This document shows positions 1-9,919 of a DNA stretch of 60,377 nt, piece by piece (the stretch's first letter is position 1; each line of letters begins with the position of its first letter). The stretch is from Planctomycetota bacterium. GTDB taxonomy: Bacteria > Planctomycetota > UBA8742 > JACQVU01 > JANLHZ01. The stretch lies in contig JANLHZ010000106.1 in NCBI GenBank assembly GCA_024653775.1, forward strand, positions 1 to 60,377. Reading direction: 5' to 3'. The translations under genes and the position numbers were made by a program. A model generated the notes under the pieces. That model did not search any database. It was given only the letters and a program-made list of their open reading frames with translations, and was not told where the DNA came from.

Positions 1-259
1 GCCCGCGCTGCTTACAAGAACCGAGGTAGTGGAGAAGGGAATCAGGTACGTTCAGGAGAACGCGCTGATAGCTCTTGGTAACATGGGTAAGTACGCGGAG
101 TCAGCGTTGCCTATTCTAACGCAATACACGGAGTTCTCGGAATCCGCGAATTTCAAGGCCAAGGCGCATTCCGTTCAAAATTCCACACCAAGCGAAACAA
201 TCCGAAATGCCGCGCGGGAAGCGATAGCGAAGATCGAGGCGGACTTAGGTTCAGATTGA
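1..259 (+). CDS. C-terminal part of a HEAT-repeat protein (5' end outside the window)
   Basis: HEAT-like helical motifs 'YVQENALIALGNMG' and 'IRNAAREAIAKI'; reading frame open from the window edge. Confidence 0.6.
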   Translation, partial: PALLTRTEVVEKGIRYVQENALIALGNMGKYAESALPILTQYTEFSESANFKAKAHSVQNSTPSETIRNAAREAIAKIEADLGSD

Positions 260-319
260 TTTTTTGACCGCCGACCTGTGGTTTCGTCTTTTCGGGCTTC
301 GCGTTTGCGATGTCTAATT

Positions 320-2974
320 TCAGAACTCGGAACTCGGATTCTGTCGGACGAGGCGTCTTACCGCGACGTAACTGAAAGTCGCCCAGAGAACCCCGAAGAC
401 GAACTGGAACATCTGGACCACCGTGTCCATCTTTTCCGAGCCGACGCTGCGGACGCCCTGGTAGAACTGCGTCAGCGCCCGAAGCGCGCCCGAGACTCCG
501 CTTGCGACGTAAGTTCCGGATTCCGAGGTCAGCAGCGCGCCTATGGAGCCGCCTTCCTCGATGGCGAAGAATCCGACTAGCAGCGCCGCGAGCGCGCCCG
601 TCACGATCGCGATCGTCAGAGCCACCCGTTTCAGGCTCGTGAAGTACCCGGTGGTAGTTTCGACTATCGACATGAAGAACAGCGTGCCGAAGGTTTTCAG
701 TTTCGCAGCGAAGCCGTAGCGGAACCCGCCTCGCGACTTTCGTCTTTCGCCCAGGTCCACCGCGACGTATTTGAAAGGATTGGACCTCCGAAGCGCGCGC
801 TTTTCGTTCCACGGCAAGTACAGCGGCGAAAACAGCACGACCGCGCTTATCAGAATTTCGATCATCAGAACGCCCTGATGCGCGGCTCCGAGCTTAAGCT
901 GGTAGACGGACGCTATGAACAGCAGAAGGAAGAACCAGTAAACGACCATCGGAAGCGACGTCCAGAGAAGTAGCAGCGCCTTTCCGGCGGAGGTCTTCTC
1001 GCTGAATCCCTCTCGCTCGTAACCGGACACGAGCCTTCCGAAGAGATTCTGACGTTTGAGTTTGTAGTTTTCGAAGATGGTCCAGTCCGCGTCCTCGTAA
1101 CGCTTGGCGCTTTCGAGGCTTTCGAACAGCGCGCAGAAGAACGCGCTCGACGCCTGGTAGTCTTCGCGGGTGACGCTAGCGACGCGAAGCCTTCCGTCGA
1201 AGGCGCGGTACACCTCGGCGCTCCTGTCGAGGCTTTTTCTGATGGTGTGCTCCCAGTTCGCGGTTTCCTGGCCTCCGGACTGCGCCCAGATGCCGACCGT
1301 CTCGTGACGCTCGTCCGCGAAGAACTCGGAGACGATCCGCGAATAGAGCGCGCCGTCCTTTACGACATCGACGACGAAATGATCCCGCGAGAAATCCTTC
1401 AGATGTCGATCGTCGACGTCGAGATCTCCGATGATCGCGCAGTCCTGCGGCGCGAGCTTCGACCACTCGCCCCAGCGCTTCACGACGAACGCCTCGCCCA
1501 GCGTCTCGCGCACTGCGTGGACGCTTCCCGCGAGCACGGAGCCGCGGACGTCCGCGCCGCGGTTCGCCGAAACGTCTTCGAGCCTGAGACCCTTCTGCGC
1601 GATGGAACTCCTGAAAACGAAAGCTCCGCGAAGAGTCGCGCGCGTCACGTAGAGTCCTTCAAGGAACGCGCACCTTACGAACTCGATCCCCGACGGCGTC
1701 TGCGCGTTTTCTAGCACGAACCTCCCGAGCGCGAAGCACGCCTTGAACTGCATGGGGACGTCCGGAAACAGATTCGCGAGTTCGAAGTCCCCGCCCGCGC
1801 GGATTCTCCCGAAAAGGATCGAGCGAGCGCCTGCGTCGGACTTGCCCTCGCTTGGCGCGGTCGAGACCTCCTCGAATTCGACCGACCGCGTTACTTCTCC
1901 GTCCCGTAGCAGGACTCCTCCGCTTACGTCGAGGGACGAAAGCGAGAGCCCTCCTAGAACGAAGAAACGTTCGAGGTGGAGGGAGCCATCGATGCTGAAC
2001 CCGTTCAGCGCGAGACTTCCGTTTATGAGCGTGTCGGAGATCGAGACTCCGCCGAACATCTGCCCGCGCCTGGCTCCTGGTTCTTCATCGTCGCTCCCCT
2101 CGCCGCCGGCGCACGCGCGCAAGACGAGGTCGCTTTCGATAACCGAATCGCGGATGGTCAGTCCCTTGACGAGTTCGCTTCCGCCCAGTTCCAGTTTTTC
2201 GATGTAGCAGCGATCGATGAGCGCGTGCGCGAATACTCCGCCTAGGTCGCCGCTTTCGATCCTGATCTCCTTGATGTACGCGCCGACGAGCGGCAGGCCT
2301 TTCTTGAGGCTTTCCGCCGCGACGTCGCTCGGAACGAAGGAGTACGCGCCGCGAAAGGCGTAGATCGCGGGGAAGTGCGGATCGTCCTGCGTGAACTCCG
2401 CGTCGATGCTCACCGTGTCCCCGGCTTCGAGAAGCACGCCGTCAACGAGGAACTTGCTCCGCTGCGCGCCTTCGAAGTTGAACCTCGCGCCGCCGGAGAC
2501 GTCGCCTATGACAGTCAGCCTCGCGCGCGGATTCTCGTGCTGGGTTCTGAATTCCGTCACGCCGCGGGTGAGCGTCTTCCGGACGTTGGTCGGCTTTCGC
2601 TTTCGATCGCTCTCGGCTCTTGAAAGCGGCGCGGACGGCGTAAGATCGGACGCTTTTGGCGCCTCGACCTCCAACTCCTCTTCTTCCGCGGCCACGGGGA
2701 TGTTCGCGAGATTGGCCATGCGATGCCGTGCCACGAATTTGTTTTTCTCGTGAGTTATGCCCGCGGAATTCGAAAACGAATGAATCTCTGTTTCGAATAT
2801 GATGGCGCCGTCGCCGCGGACGTTCGTCGGGATTCGCTGTTTGCAGTTCGGGCAGCGGATCCGTTCGCCCACGAGGTTCTGCGACAGCGGAATCTGCGCG
2901 TCGCAAACGGGGCAAATGCACTGTATAAGGCTCACGGGCGCTTCCTTCAAGATTTGCGGTATCAGTCTCCCCAC
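320..2974 (-). CDS. Membrane protein: N-terminal Zn ribbon, beta-solenoid repeats, C-terminal multi-TM domain
   Basis: CPVC...CPNC Zn ribbon; repeated 'I/V-x-G-x-L-x-L/F' solenoid units; about 4-5 hydrophobic helices at the C-terminus; true start may be near 2935. Confidence 0.65.
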   Translation of the reverse strand: MGRLIPQILKEAPVSLIQCICPVCDAQIPLSQNLVGERIRCPNCKQRIPTNVRGDGAIIFETEIHSFSNSAGITHEKNKFVARHRMANLANIPVAAEEEELEVEAPKASDLTPSAPLSRAESDRKRKPTNVRKTLTRGVTEFRTQHENPRARLTVIGDVSGGARFNFEGAQRSKFLVDGVLLEAGDTVSIDAEFTQDDPHFPAIYAFRGAYSFVPSDVAAESLKKGLPLVGAYIKEIRIESGDLGGVFAHALIDRCYIEKLELGGSELVKGLTIRDSVIESDLVLRACAGGEGSDDEEPGARRGQMFGGVSISDTLINGSLALNGFSIDGSLHLERFFVLGGLSLSSLDVSGGVLLRDGEVTRSVEFEEVSTAPSEGKSDAGARSILFGRIRAGGDFELANLFPDVPMQFKACFALGRFVLENAQTPSGIEFVRCAFLEGLYVTRATLRGAFVFRSSIAQKGLRLEDVSANRGADVRGSVLAGSVHAVRETLGEAFVVKRWGEWSKLAPQDCAIIGDLDVDDRHLKDFSRDHFVVDVVKDGALYSRIVSEFFADERHETVGIWAQSGGQETANWEHTIRKSLDRSAEVYRAFDGRLRVASVTREDYQASSAFFCALFESLESAKRYEDADWTIFENYKLKRQNLFGRLVSGYEREGFSEKTSAGKALLLLWTSLPMVVYWFFLLLFIASVYQLKLGAAHQGVLMIEILISAVVLFSPLYLPWNEKRALRRSNPFKYVAVDLGERRKSRGGFRYGFAAKLKTFGTLFFMSIVETTTGYFTSLKRVALTIAIVTGALAALLVGFFAIEEGGSIGALLTSESGTYVASGVSGALRALTQFYQGVRSVGSEKMDTVVQMFQFVFGVLWATFSYVAVRRLVRQNPSSEF

Positions 2975-3032
2975 GAACTTGCGTTCGATTTCGATTGTAG
3001 CCCTATGACGGTTATTGTCAATGTCGGAGAAG

Positions 3033-3077
3033 AGAGTTAAGAGTTAAGAGTTAAGAGTTGAGAGTTGAGAGTTAAGA
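3033..3077 (+). repeat. Heptamer tandem repeat (GAGTTRA)x6
   Basis: gagttaa gagttaa gagttaa gagttga gagttga gagttaa read directly. Confidence 0.9.
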
Positions 3078-3103
3078 ATTGAATTTCTGACCACTCACCA
3101 CTT

Positions 3104-3213
3104 AGAAACTATCTCAAGCAAGCGAACAGGACATTTCGGTGCCGTCAAATGAGACGTTAGACGACTTGTGCGGACATAGACGACCGCGGTCCCGGGGGCT
3201 TGAGATAGTTTCT
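3104..3213 (+). mobile_element. MITE-like family A copy (110 bp, TIR AGAAACTATCTCAAGC)
   Basis: 16-bp perfect terminal inverted repeat 3104-3119 / 3198-3213 with internal hairpins. Confidence 0.8.
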
Positions 3214-3695
3214 TATTCCTAACTCCTCAAGTTGACTGCCTTTTCAGCCTACCGAGCGAAAAAATATAAAAATCCGCGCTTAGTAAATGTCTCACCAAGT
3301 ATTCCTGCAGGAAGAAGAGACAGAGATCGGAGGTTCCTTTTCGCGCACAGACAGGTAAGTCCGGATGGCGTTTAACGAATGTCGGCGCTGCCTGTGCGAG
3401 TCACGAACTGGAACCACCCGGAGTCGTCAACATGCCGTCGAGTTTCTCCGGCATGGCGAAGGCTCCGGGTCCACCGAGGGTACCCTCGATCCTTTCTCGC
3501 CACGGGCGGGAAAGGATAAGAAATAGCGGGTGAAAGAATGGAAATGAAAGCCCGCTGAAAAAATAGCACTGTTCACAACCAAGCGAAGCCTGAACCAAAA
3601 ACTTCGGCGCGGAGACGCAGAGGCTCGCAGAGAATTCCCCCCTCTCCCCACGGGAAAGGGAAACCCCGTGAACATTTACCCTAAGGACGCGCGTC

Positions 3696-5270
3696 CTAAC
3701 TCCTGATTCCTTCGAGTATTTTGATCGCCGCGCCGACGCCATCGACGGCGCTGCTGACGATTCCGCCCGCGTAGCCCGCGCCTTCGCCGAGCGGGTACAG
3801 ATTCTCTGCCGATGGACTCTGGAACGTTTCGCGGTCCCGCAGAATCCTCACGGGAGAACTCGTCCTCGTCTCGACCCCGAAGATGCAGGCCTCCTCGCCG
3901 GTCTGGAATCCAGGTAGCTGACGTTCGAAAGCTTCTAGCGCACCCTTGATGCCGCCAAGCACGAAGCTCGGGAGTTTCCCGCTCAGTTCCGCTGGAAGCG
4001 CGCAGGGAACGCTCGAATTTCCCGGAAGCGACTTCGATGCCCTACCTTCGAGGAAGTCGCGAAGACGCTGACCCGGAATTACCCTCGCGCTGCCCTCCGC
4101 GTTCACAAGCCCGCGGAATTCCGATTCGAGATTCCGCTGAAGTTCAAGTCCTCCGAGAACTCCAGAGAATCCAAGCGCACTGACGTCCGCCTCGTCCACA
4201 CCGACCACGATGCCCGAGTTCGAATAGGGCGCACGGTAGCCGTAATTGCTCATTCCGTTCGTGACGACTCCGGAGGACTCCGTGGACGAATTGATTATGT
4301 ATCCGCCCGGACACATGCAAAACGAATAACAGCCCCTGCCGGAACTGTCCGTGTGCGCGAGTCTGTAATTCGCCGCCTCGATTCCCTCGTACTTCGCCGA
4401 ATAATCCGCGCCGTACTGAAGGCGGTTGATCGTCTCCTTCAAATGCTCGACCCGAAGTCCAACCGCAAACGGCTTGAATTCGAGCGCGACGTCGCGCTCA
4501 CTGAGCATCCGGAAAACATCCATCGCGGAGTGCCCCGCCGCGAGAAGCAGATAGTCCACGTCGTCGATGCGTCCCTTGGAGGTCAGCACGCTCCGGACCT
4601 TCCCGTTGTCGATTCCGACGTCGAGCAGCTTCTCGTCGAAGCGAATAGTCACGCCGCCTCCGCGGAGCCTTTCGAAGAGAACCCGCAGACAGTTTCGAAG
4701 CTTGTTCGAGCCGATGTGCGCGGTCGCGTCGAACGTCACCGTCTCGGGCGCTCCCGCCTTTCGAAGCTCGTTCAGCACGTATCCCGCAAGCGGCGACTTG
4801 ATCCTCGTGTAGAGTTTGCCATCGCTGAACGCGCCCGCGCCGCCGGCTCCGAATCCGATGTTCCCGAGCGGATCGAGCACGCCCCGCCTGTAGAACGCTG
4901 CGATCTTTTTGATACGGTCGACCAAGTCCGGCCCCTGCTCGACGATGGTCGAAGGAACGCCCGCGCTCGCGAGATGCTGCGCCGCGAACATTCCCGCGGG
5001 TCCGGAGCCGACGATCACGATCTTCGGCAGCCGTCTTCCTTCGTGCTTCCCGCGAACGTTCTCGATCTCTTTATAGAGGTCGTCCAGCGGATCGTGCATA
5101 TCCGTCGTGACGCGGTACACGACCCGGATCGAATCCTTCTTGCGCGCGTCGATGCTCCTTCTGAGAATCCGGAAGTTCGCATCGTCCCGCCATCCGAGCT
5201 TCCGCTTCACCGCGCGTTCGAGATCGAAGGCTGTGTGTTTGAATCTCATTCTGACGTCGAAAGTCTTCAT
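3696..5270 (-). CDS. FAD-dependent oxidoreductase (COG2509-like)
   Basis: IVGSGPAG dinucleotide-binding motif, GAGAFSDGKL, SFCMCPGG, GEGAGYAGGIVSSAVDG. Confidence 0.9.
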   Translation of the reverse strand: MKTFDVRMRFKHTAFDLERAVKRKLGWRDDANFRILRRSIDARKKDSIRVVYRVTTDMHDPLDDLYKEIENVRGKHEGRRLPKIVIVGSGPAGMFAAQHLASAGVPSTIVEQGPDLVDRIKKIAAFYRRGVLDPLGNIGFGAGGAGAFSDGKLYTRIKSPLAGYVLNELRKAGAPETVTFDATAHIGSNKLRNCLRVLFERLRGGGVTIRFDEKLLDVGIDNGKVRSVLTSKGRIDDVDYLLLAAGHSAMDVFRMLSERDVALEFKPFAVGLRVEHLKETINRLQYGADYSAKYEGIEAANYRLAHTDSSGRGCYSFCMCPGGYIINSSTESSGVVTNGMSNYGYRAPYSNSGIVVGVDEADVSALGFSGVLGGLELQRNLESEFRGLVNAEGSARVIPGQRLRDFLEGRASKSLPGNSSVPCALPAELSGKLPSFVLGGIKGALEAFERQLPGFQTGEEACIFGVETRTSSPVRILRDRETFQSPSAENLYPLGEGAGYAGGIVSSAVDGVGAAIKILEGIRS

Positions 5271-5353
5271 AAATCATCCCGCTGTTAAAAATATTACGTT
5301 AAATTCGTGTCTGACACGAATATTATGTCGTATTGACGCCGGGCGTCGAAAGC

Positions 5354-8300
5354 CTAGCGCTTCAGTTTCCCTTTGACCAGTTTCACGATCTTATACGGAA
5401 GCGAATTTCTGACACGAGCGTAGAGACCGCGCATCTTGTCGGCTTCGTTCCGAAAGACGTCGCGCTCCGCCCGGAGGTCGGACAGCTCCGAAAGAATCTT
5501 CCCGAGGTCGCCCCCCGGAGCGTCGTCCGCGGGCGCGAAGCCGCGACACAGCTTTCTACGGCCTTCGAGGATTCGCTTTGCAGTTTCCGGTTCCTTCGCG
5601 CTCGTAACGTGGTGGGCGTAGTCTAGAAACTTCATCAGAGGCCTTGTCGTGCGCTCCCAGGTGTAGTTCTGACGGAGCGCTGCCGCGCACATCGCCATGT
5701 GCTCACGCCTCTCTTCGTTTTCGTACAGTTCGAGGATTGCGTCCGCGAGATGGTCCGCGCGCCCCTCCGGAACTCTGATGAGTGCGCCCGCGTTCGCGAA
5801 TTCCTCGCTGATGGTGTCGCCGGCGGTTGCAATCATCGGAAGCCCGGCCCAGAGGTAGTCGAGCAGCCTCGTCCTGCTCGACATCCGCGTTTCGAGATGA
5901 TTGCGGTGGGTGCTGATTCCCGCGCTCGCGCTTGCAAACACCGGCCCGCGCTCCGCGTACGGAATCCACGACTCGCCAAAGAACACGGTCTCGTCCTGAA
6001 GGCCGTACTCCCACGCCCGTTGCGCGGTTTCGCGGACGATGTTGTGGGCCGGAAGGGACGGATTAGCGTGTTTCGACGCCATGAACCAGAGCTTGATTCT
6101 GTCCGTCTTTTCCCGCAGGAGTTTCATGGCGCCCAAAAGAGTGATCGGATCGAACCAGTTCGAAAGACTCCCACCCCAAAGAAGCACGAAGTCCCGCGCC
6201 TTGATCCTGCGCTCGATCTGCTGGATCGTCTTCCCCCGCCGCGCCGGCAGCTCTTCCTGAATTCCGTGCGGGACCACGCCGATGAAGTCTTCGAGGAGCG
6301 CGGAGGTTTCCAGTGTCGCGGGGTTCAGTCTGCCGACGCCTGCGAGGAGTCCGAGATAGAAGTCCCGCTGCCTTTCCGTCGCGCAGAAGAAATAATCTCC
6401 CGCGCGAAGCTGGTCGAGAAGCACCGCGAGGTCTTTTCCGTGCTGAAGCGTCCGCTTTTCGAGCGGGAGGCCGTTTTCCTTGAAAATGTGGATATTCTCG
6501 AGAACGCTCGGGACGAACAGATCGATCGCGAGCATCGACTTCGCATCCTTGATGCACGGATACTTCAGAAGCGTGTACCCCTGCGTCACGATGACGTCCC
6601 TGCCGGGGAGCATCGCGCGGACGGTCCCTTCGTCCAGCGGATCGTACCGCATGACCGGAAACGGAAGCGACGGGAGTTTCTGGCCAAAGTCGGGAGTTGC
6701 AAGCGTGACGTTGCAGGTCTTCGACGCGACGCGCGCGAGTTCCGACATTCGTATCCCCGGCCCGGCCATTTTCGTCCCGATCTGATCGTCGGAGATCATG
6801 AGCACGTTCAGCGCGCCTTGCTTCACAAGAGGCGTGACGTGCAGCGATTTGATCGCGTGGAACTTGGATTCGTCCATTATTTCGATGCCTAGTTTCGTGA
6901 TTTCGTTTTTCCTTAGTTCCACCGCGCCAAGAACGAGCCGCGATTCGATCTGCGATCTCTCTGCGCATAGCGCCGCGATCTTGTCGTTCTTCCAGAGTAC
7001 GATATCGCTCAGCGTCTGACAATCGAGAGTCGCGAGATGCCATCCGCCCAGCGCCGGCGTGAATTCGAATTCGAGCGCTCCGGCGCCGGGAGAAGCCTGC
7101 ACGCGGATATGGTGCAGCGGCCCGATTTCCCGCCAACCGGCGGAATGTATCGTCCGGAGATCGAGCACTCGCGAATCGAAATTGCCATCGCGATCGACTT
7201 TTCGAATCTGCCCGCGTGTGAGTTTTATCAGATCGCGTTCGAAGTTCCCGAGAGCGAGCACGTTCCCGGCGCGGAGGAAATATTTTTCAAGGGAGTAGGG
7301 AGCAGGGAGTAGGGGGCGGGAAAAGTCGCCCCCTGTTACCTGAGTCCAAAGCACTTTCGCCCACGCGTCTACGACCGCGCGCACGACGTCCTTTTCTCCG
7401 CTGCGCCACGCCCGCGCAAGCTCCCTGCGTTCCTCGCCGAAGAAGACGCGCGCGAGTCTTCTCCGGAGTTTTCGATCCGCGATGTTCTTCCTGACGAACC
7501 TGTGCCTTCCGTGGTAGACGTGTTCTAGCTTCGCGGCGCGATTCTTCCCCGCGCTGAACCCGAAATGATGATAGACCACCGACCGCGGCGCGACCGTCAC
7601 GCGGCGCCCCGACGCGAGCGCGCGGAAGCAGAAGTCGAGGTCCTCGACGTACATGAAGTAGCCGCCGTCGAGTCCGCGGAGTTCATCGAACACCGTCTTT
7701 CGCACGAGCGCGGCTCCGAAACAGACGCTCGGGACTGACACGATGCCGTCGTTCTGCCCGATATCGAATTCGCCAACGTGCGCGTCGGTTCCGAAGCCGA
7801 AGCAGCGCATCGCGTTTCCGAGGCTGTTGATCACTCCAGGCGCGTGCAGGAACCGGAGCTTGCTGCCTACGACGCAGGTCCGCGGATCGCGGCTCATTTC
7901 CGCCACGGCGTTCGCGATCGCGTTCTCGTCGAGCACGCAGTCCTGATTGACGATGAAAACGAACTCGCCATCGGCTTTGCTGACGCCGAGGTTCACGCCA
8001 CGGGCGAAGCCGACGTTCCCTGGCGAACGCACTAGCAGGACGTCGCCTATTTCCGCGAGCATTCTGCGGGAATCATCCATCGATGCGTTGTCGACGACGA
8101 TGATCTCGATCCGCGGATACGTCTGCGCGCGGACGCTCGCGAGCAAATCTTCGATCACCTCCGCGCCGTTAAAACAGAGCGTCACTACGCTGACGAGCGG
8201 CGAGTCCTCGGGCTGGTTCGCGCAGCGAAAATCTTCCCGCGGCATTTCCGTCCGCGGCTCGAGCACGCCGAGTCGGAGAAGGACGACCACGGTTCTGCGC

Positions 8301-8593
8301 AACTCTTCCGGTGAACAAGGGAGAAGGGAGTATCGAGGATCGAATTTTTGATTTCCGATTTTTGATTTTTGAATTTCTCCCTGCCCCCTGAGCGTTGCGA
8401 CCGACGTCCATTCCCTGCACGCATCTAGGATGCCGCGGATGAACGCATCGATGAAGTACACAGGCTTGCCCGCCAGCAGAAGGACGTCGGGATTTTCCGC
8501 ACTGACCTCGAACCCCGATGCGACGCGGAACTCGTCTTCCGAAGAGATTCTAGCAAGAGCCTGCATGTCGTAAAGCCGCGGGGGTCCTTCCAT
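5354..8593 (-). CDS. Bifunctional glycosyltransferase (GT2 plus GT4/GT-B domains)
   Basis: VSVVTLCFN, IIVVDNASMD, NVGFARGVNLG and FMYVEDLD (GT2); C-terminal MAGPGIR...RTRLLDYLWAGLP (GT-B). Confidence 0.85.
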   Translation of the reverse strand: MEGPPRLYDMQALARISSEDEFRVASGFEVSAENPDVLLLAGKPVYFIDAFIRGILDACREWTSVATLRGQGEIQKSKIGNQKFDPRYSLLPCSPEELRRTVVVLLRLGVLEPRTEMPREDFRCANQPEDSPLVSVVTLCFNGAEVIEDLLASVRAQTYPRIEIIVVDNASMDDSRRMLAEIGDVLLVRSPGNVGFARGVNLGVSKADGEFVFIVNQDCVLDENAIANAVAEMSRDPRTCVVGSKLRFLHAPGVINSLGNAMRCFGFGTDAHVGEFDIGQNDGIVSVPSVCFGAALVRKTVFDELRGLDGGYFMYVEDLDFCFRALASGRRVTVAPRSVVYHHFGFSAGKNRAAKLEHVYHGRHRFVRKNIADRKLRRRLARVFFGEERRELARAWRSGEKDVVRAVVDAWAKVLWTQVTGGDFSRPLLPAPYSLEKYFLRAGNVLALGNFERDLIKLTRGQIRKVDRDGNFDSRVLDLRTIHSAGWREIGPLHHIRVQASPGAGALEFEFTPALGGWHLATLDCQTLSDIVLWKNDKIAALCAERSQIESRLVLGAVELRKNEITKLGIEIMDESKFHAIKSLHVTPLVKQGALNVLMISDDQIGTKMAGPGIRMSELARVASKTCNVTLATPDFGQKLPSLPFPVMRYDPLDEGTVRAMLPGRDVIVTQGYTLLKYPCIKDAKSMLAIDLFVPSVLENIHIFKENGLPLEKRTLQHGKDLAVLLDQLRAGDYFFCATERQRDFYLGLLAGVGRLNPATLETSALLEDFIGVVPHGIQEELPARRGKTIQQIERRIKARDFVLLWGGSLSNWFDPITLLGAMKLLREKTDRIKLWFMASKHANPSLPAHNIVRETAQRAWEYGLQDETVFFGESWIPYAERGPVFASASAGISTHRNHLETRMSSRTRLLDYLWAGLPMIATAGDTISEEFANAGALIRVPEGRADHLADAILELYENEERREHMAMCAAALRQNYTWERTTRPLMKFLDYAHHVTSAKEPETAKRILEGRRKLCRGFAPADDAPGGDLGKILSELSDLRAERDVFRNEADKMRGLYARVRNSLPYKIVKLVKGKLKR

Positions 8594-8661
8594 CTGCGTA
8601 GTATGCAGCGGCGTTTAACCGTTGTCCACCTTGCGCGCTTACGACTCCTAAGTTGCGGAGC

Positions 8662-8799
8662 AACTGTTCACGGGGTAGTTCGCGGTCTATAGCGGGATTC
8701 TGTTCGTAGTGTGCTCGTGAGAGCATATTTTCGCGGTGCGGTGGATCAAAGAAACGCCTTACGGCGCCACTACGAACGCGAACTACCCCGTGAACAGTT
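8662..8799 (+). mobile_element. MITE-like family B copy 1 (22-bp TIR AACTGTTCACGGGGTAGTTCGC)
   Basis: Perfect TIR; internal TTCGTAGTG...CACTACGAA palindrome. Confidence 0.85.
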
Positions 8800-8912
8800 A
8801 CGTTGCGGAAACCTGAAACTTCCTTACAAATCTGAATTCTGAAATCTAAAATCTGAAATCAAAAATCTCGATAACCTTGGCGCCCTGACGGGCGCGTGGC
8901 TGAAATCCAGAT

Positions 8913-9629
8913 ATGCCGGAAGAGAATCCAAAGATAAATCCAGACCAGGAACTCTCGCAGGTCGCGCGGGGTCTCGCGCACGAGATCAGGACGCCGCTGT
9001 CGACGGTGAAGATGAATATCGATCTGCTGAAGGAGGAGTGGAAGAATCCGAAGGACGAGCGGGAGCGCAGAACCCACAACCGATTGTCGCTGCTCGCGGA
9101 CGAGGTGCGCAGGATTCAGGACATCGTAAACCTGTTCCTCAATTTCGCGCGGGCGGGCGATCTGAAAATCGAGGAGTTCGATGTCAACGAACTCGTCGCG
9201 GAGGTGCTGTATTTCGTCGATCCGGACTTCCGCGAAAAGAAGCTCGCAATCTCCCGTCTGTTCGACCCCGCAGCCGGGATCATCCGCGCCGATCGCGACA
9301 AGCTGAAGCAGGTGCTACTGAACCTTATAACTAATTCGCTACAGGCGATGGACGACGGCGTCGGCGAGCTGTTCGTCCGCACGGGAGTGAAGGACAGCGA
9401 ACGAAGGGTGATTATCGAGATCACGGATACCGGGCCGGGGATGAGCGCGGACCTGCTCGGGAAAGCGTTCCAGGCGTACTTCAGCACGAAGAAGGGCGGT
9501 AGCGGCCTCGGGCTGAGCATCGTCCGCAGGATCGTGCACCAGCTTGGTGGCGACATCAAAATCGAAAGCGAGGAGGGCAAGGGCACTCAGGTGATAATCT
9601 CGCTCCGACGCGAAGGCCCCGCTGAATGA
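8913..9629 (+). CDS. Histidine kinase core (HisKA + HATPase_c) with no sensor domain
   Basis: LAHEIRTPL H-box, QVLLNLITNS N-box, DTGPGM, FSTKKGGSGLGL. Confidence 0.9.
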   Translation: MPEENPKINPDQELSQVARGLAHEIRTPLSTVKMNIDLLKEEWKNPKDERERRTHNRLSLLADEVRRIQDIVNLFLNFARAGDLKIEEFDVNELVAEVLYFVDPDFREKKLAISRLFDPAAGIIRADRDKLKQVLLNLITNSLQAMDDGVGELFVRTGVKDSERRVIIEITDTGPGMSADLLGKAFQAYFSTKKGGSGLGLSIVRRIVHQLGGDIKIESEEGKGTQVIISLRREGPAE

Positions 9630-9736
9630 TTTTTGAATCGTGTGTATCGATAATCCGCATCCGCCGGTGACTTCACGCGGGGGCCCGCCAGAAAATATTC
9701 TGCGGAATCTTCGCGGCGCGTGGTTAGAATACTTGC

Positions 9737-9875
9737 AACTGTTCACGGAGTAGTTCGCGTTCGTAGTGGCGCCGTAAGGCGTTTCTTTGAACCACCGCTA
9801 TCTGGAAAATATGCTCTCACGAGCACACTACGAACAGATTCCCGCTATAGACTGCGAACTACCCCGTGAACAGTT
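9737..9875 (-). mobile_element. MITE-like family B copy 2, inverted relative to copy 1
   Basis: Same TIR (one mismatch); interior is close to the reverse complement of 8662-8799. Confidence 0.85.
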
Positions 9876-9919
9876 AGAATACTCCTTACAGCCTTTCGAA
9901 TAGACCTTCCGGAATTCCA

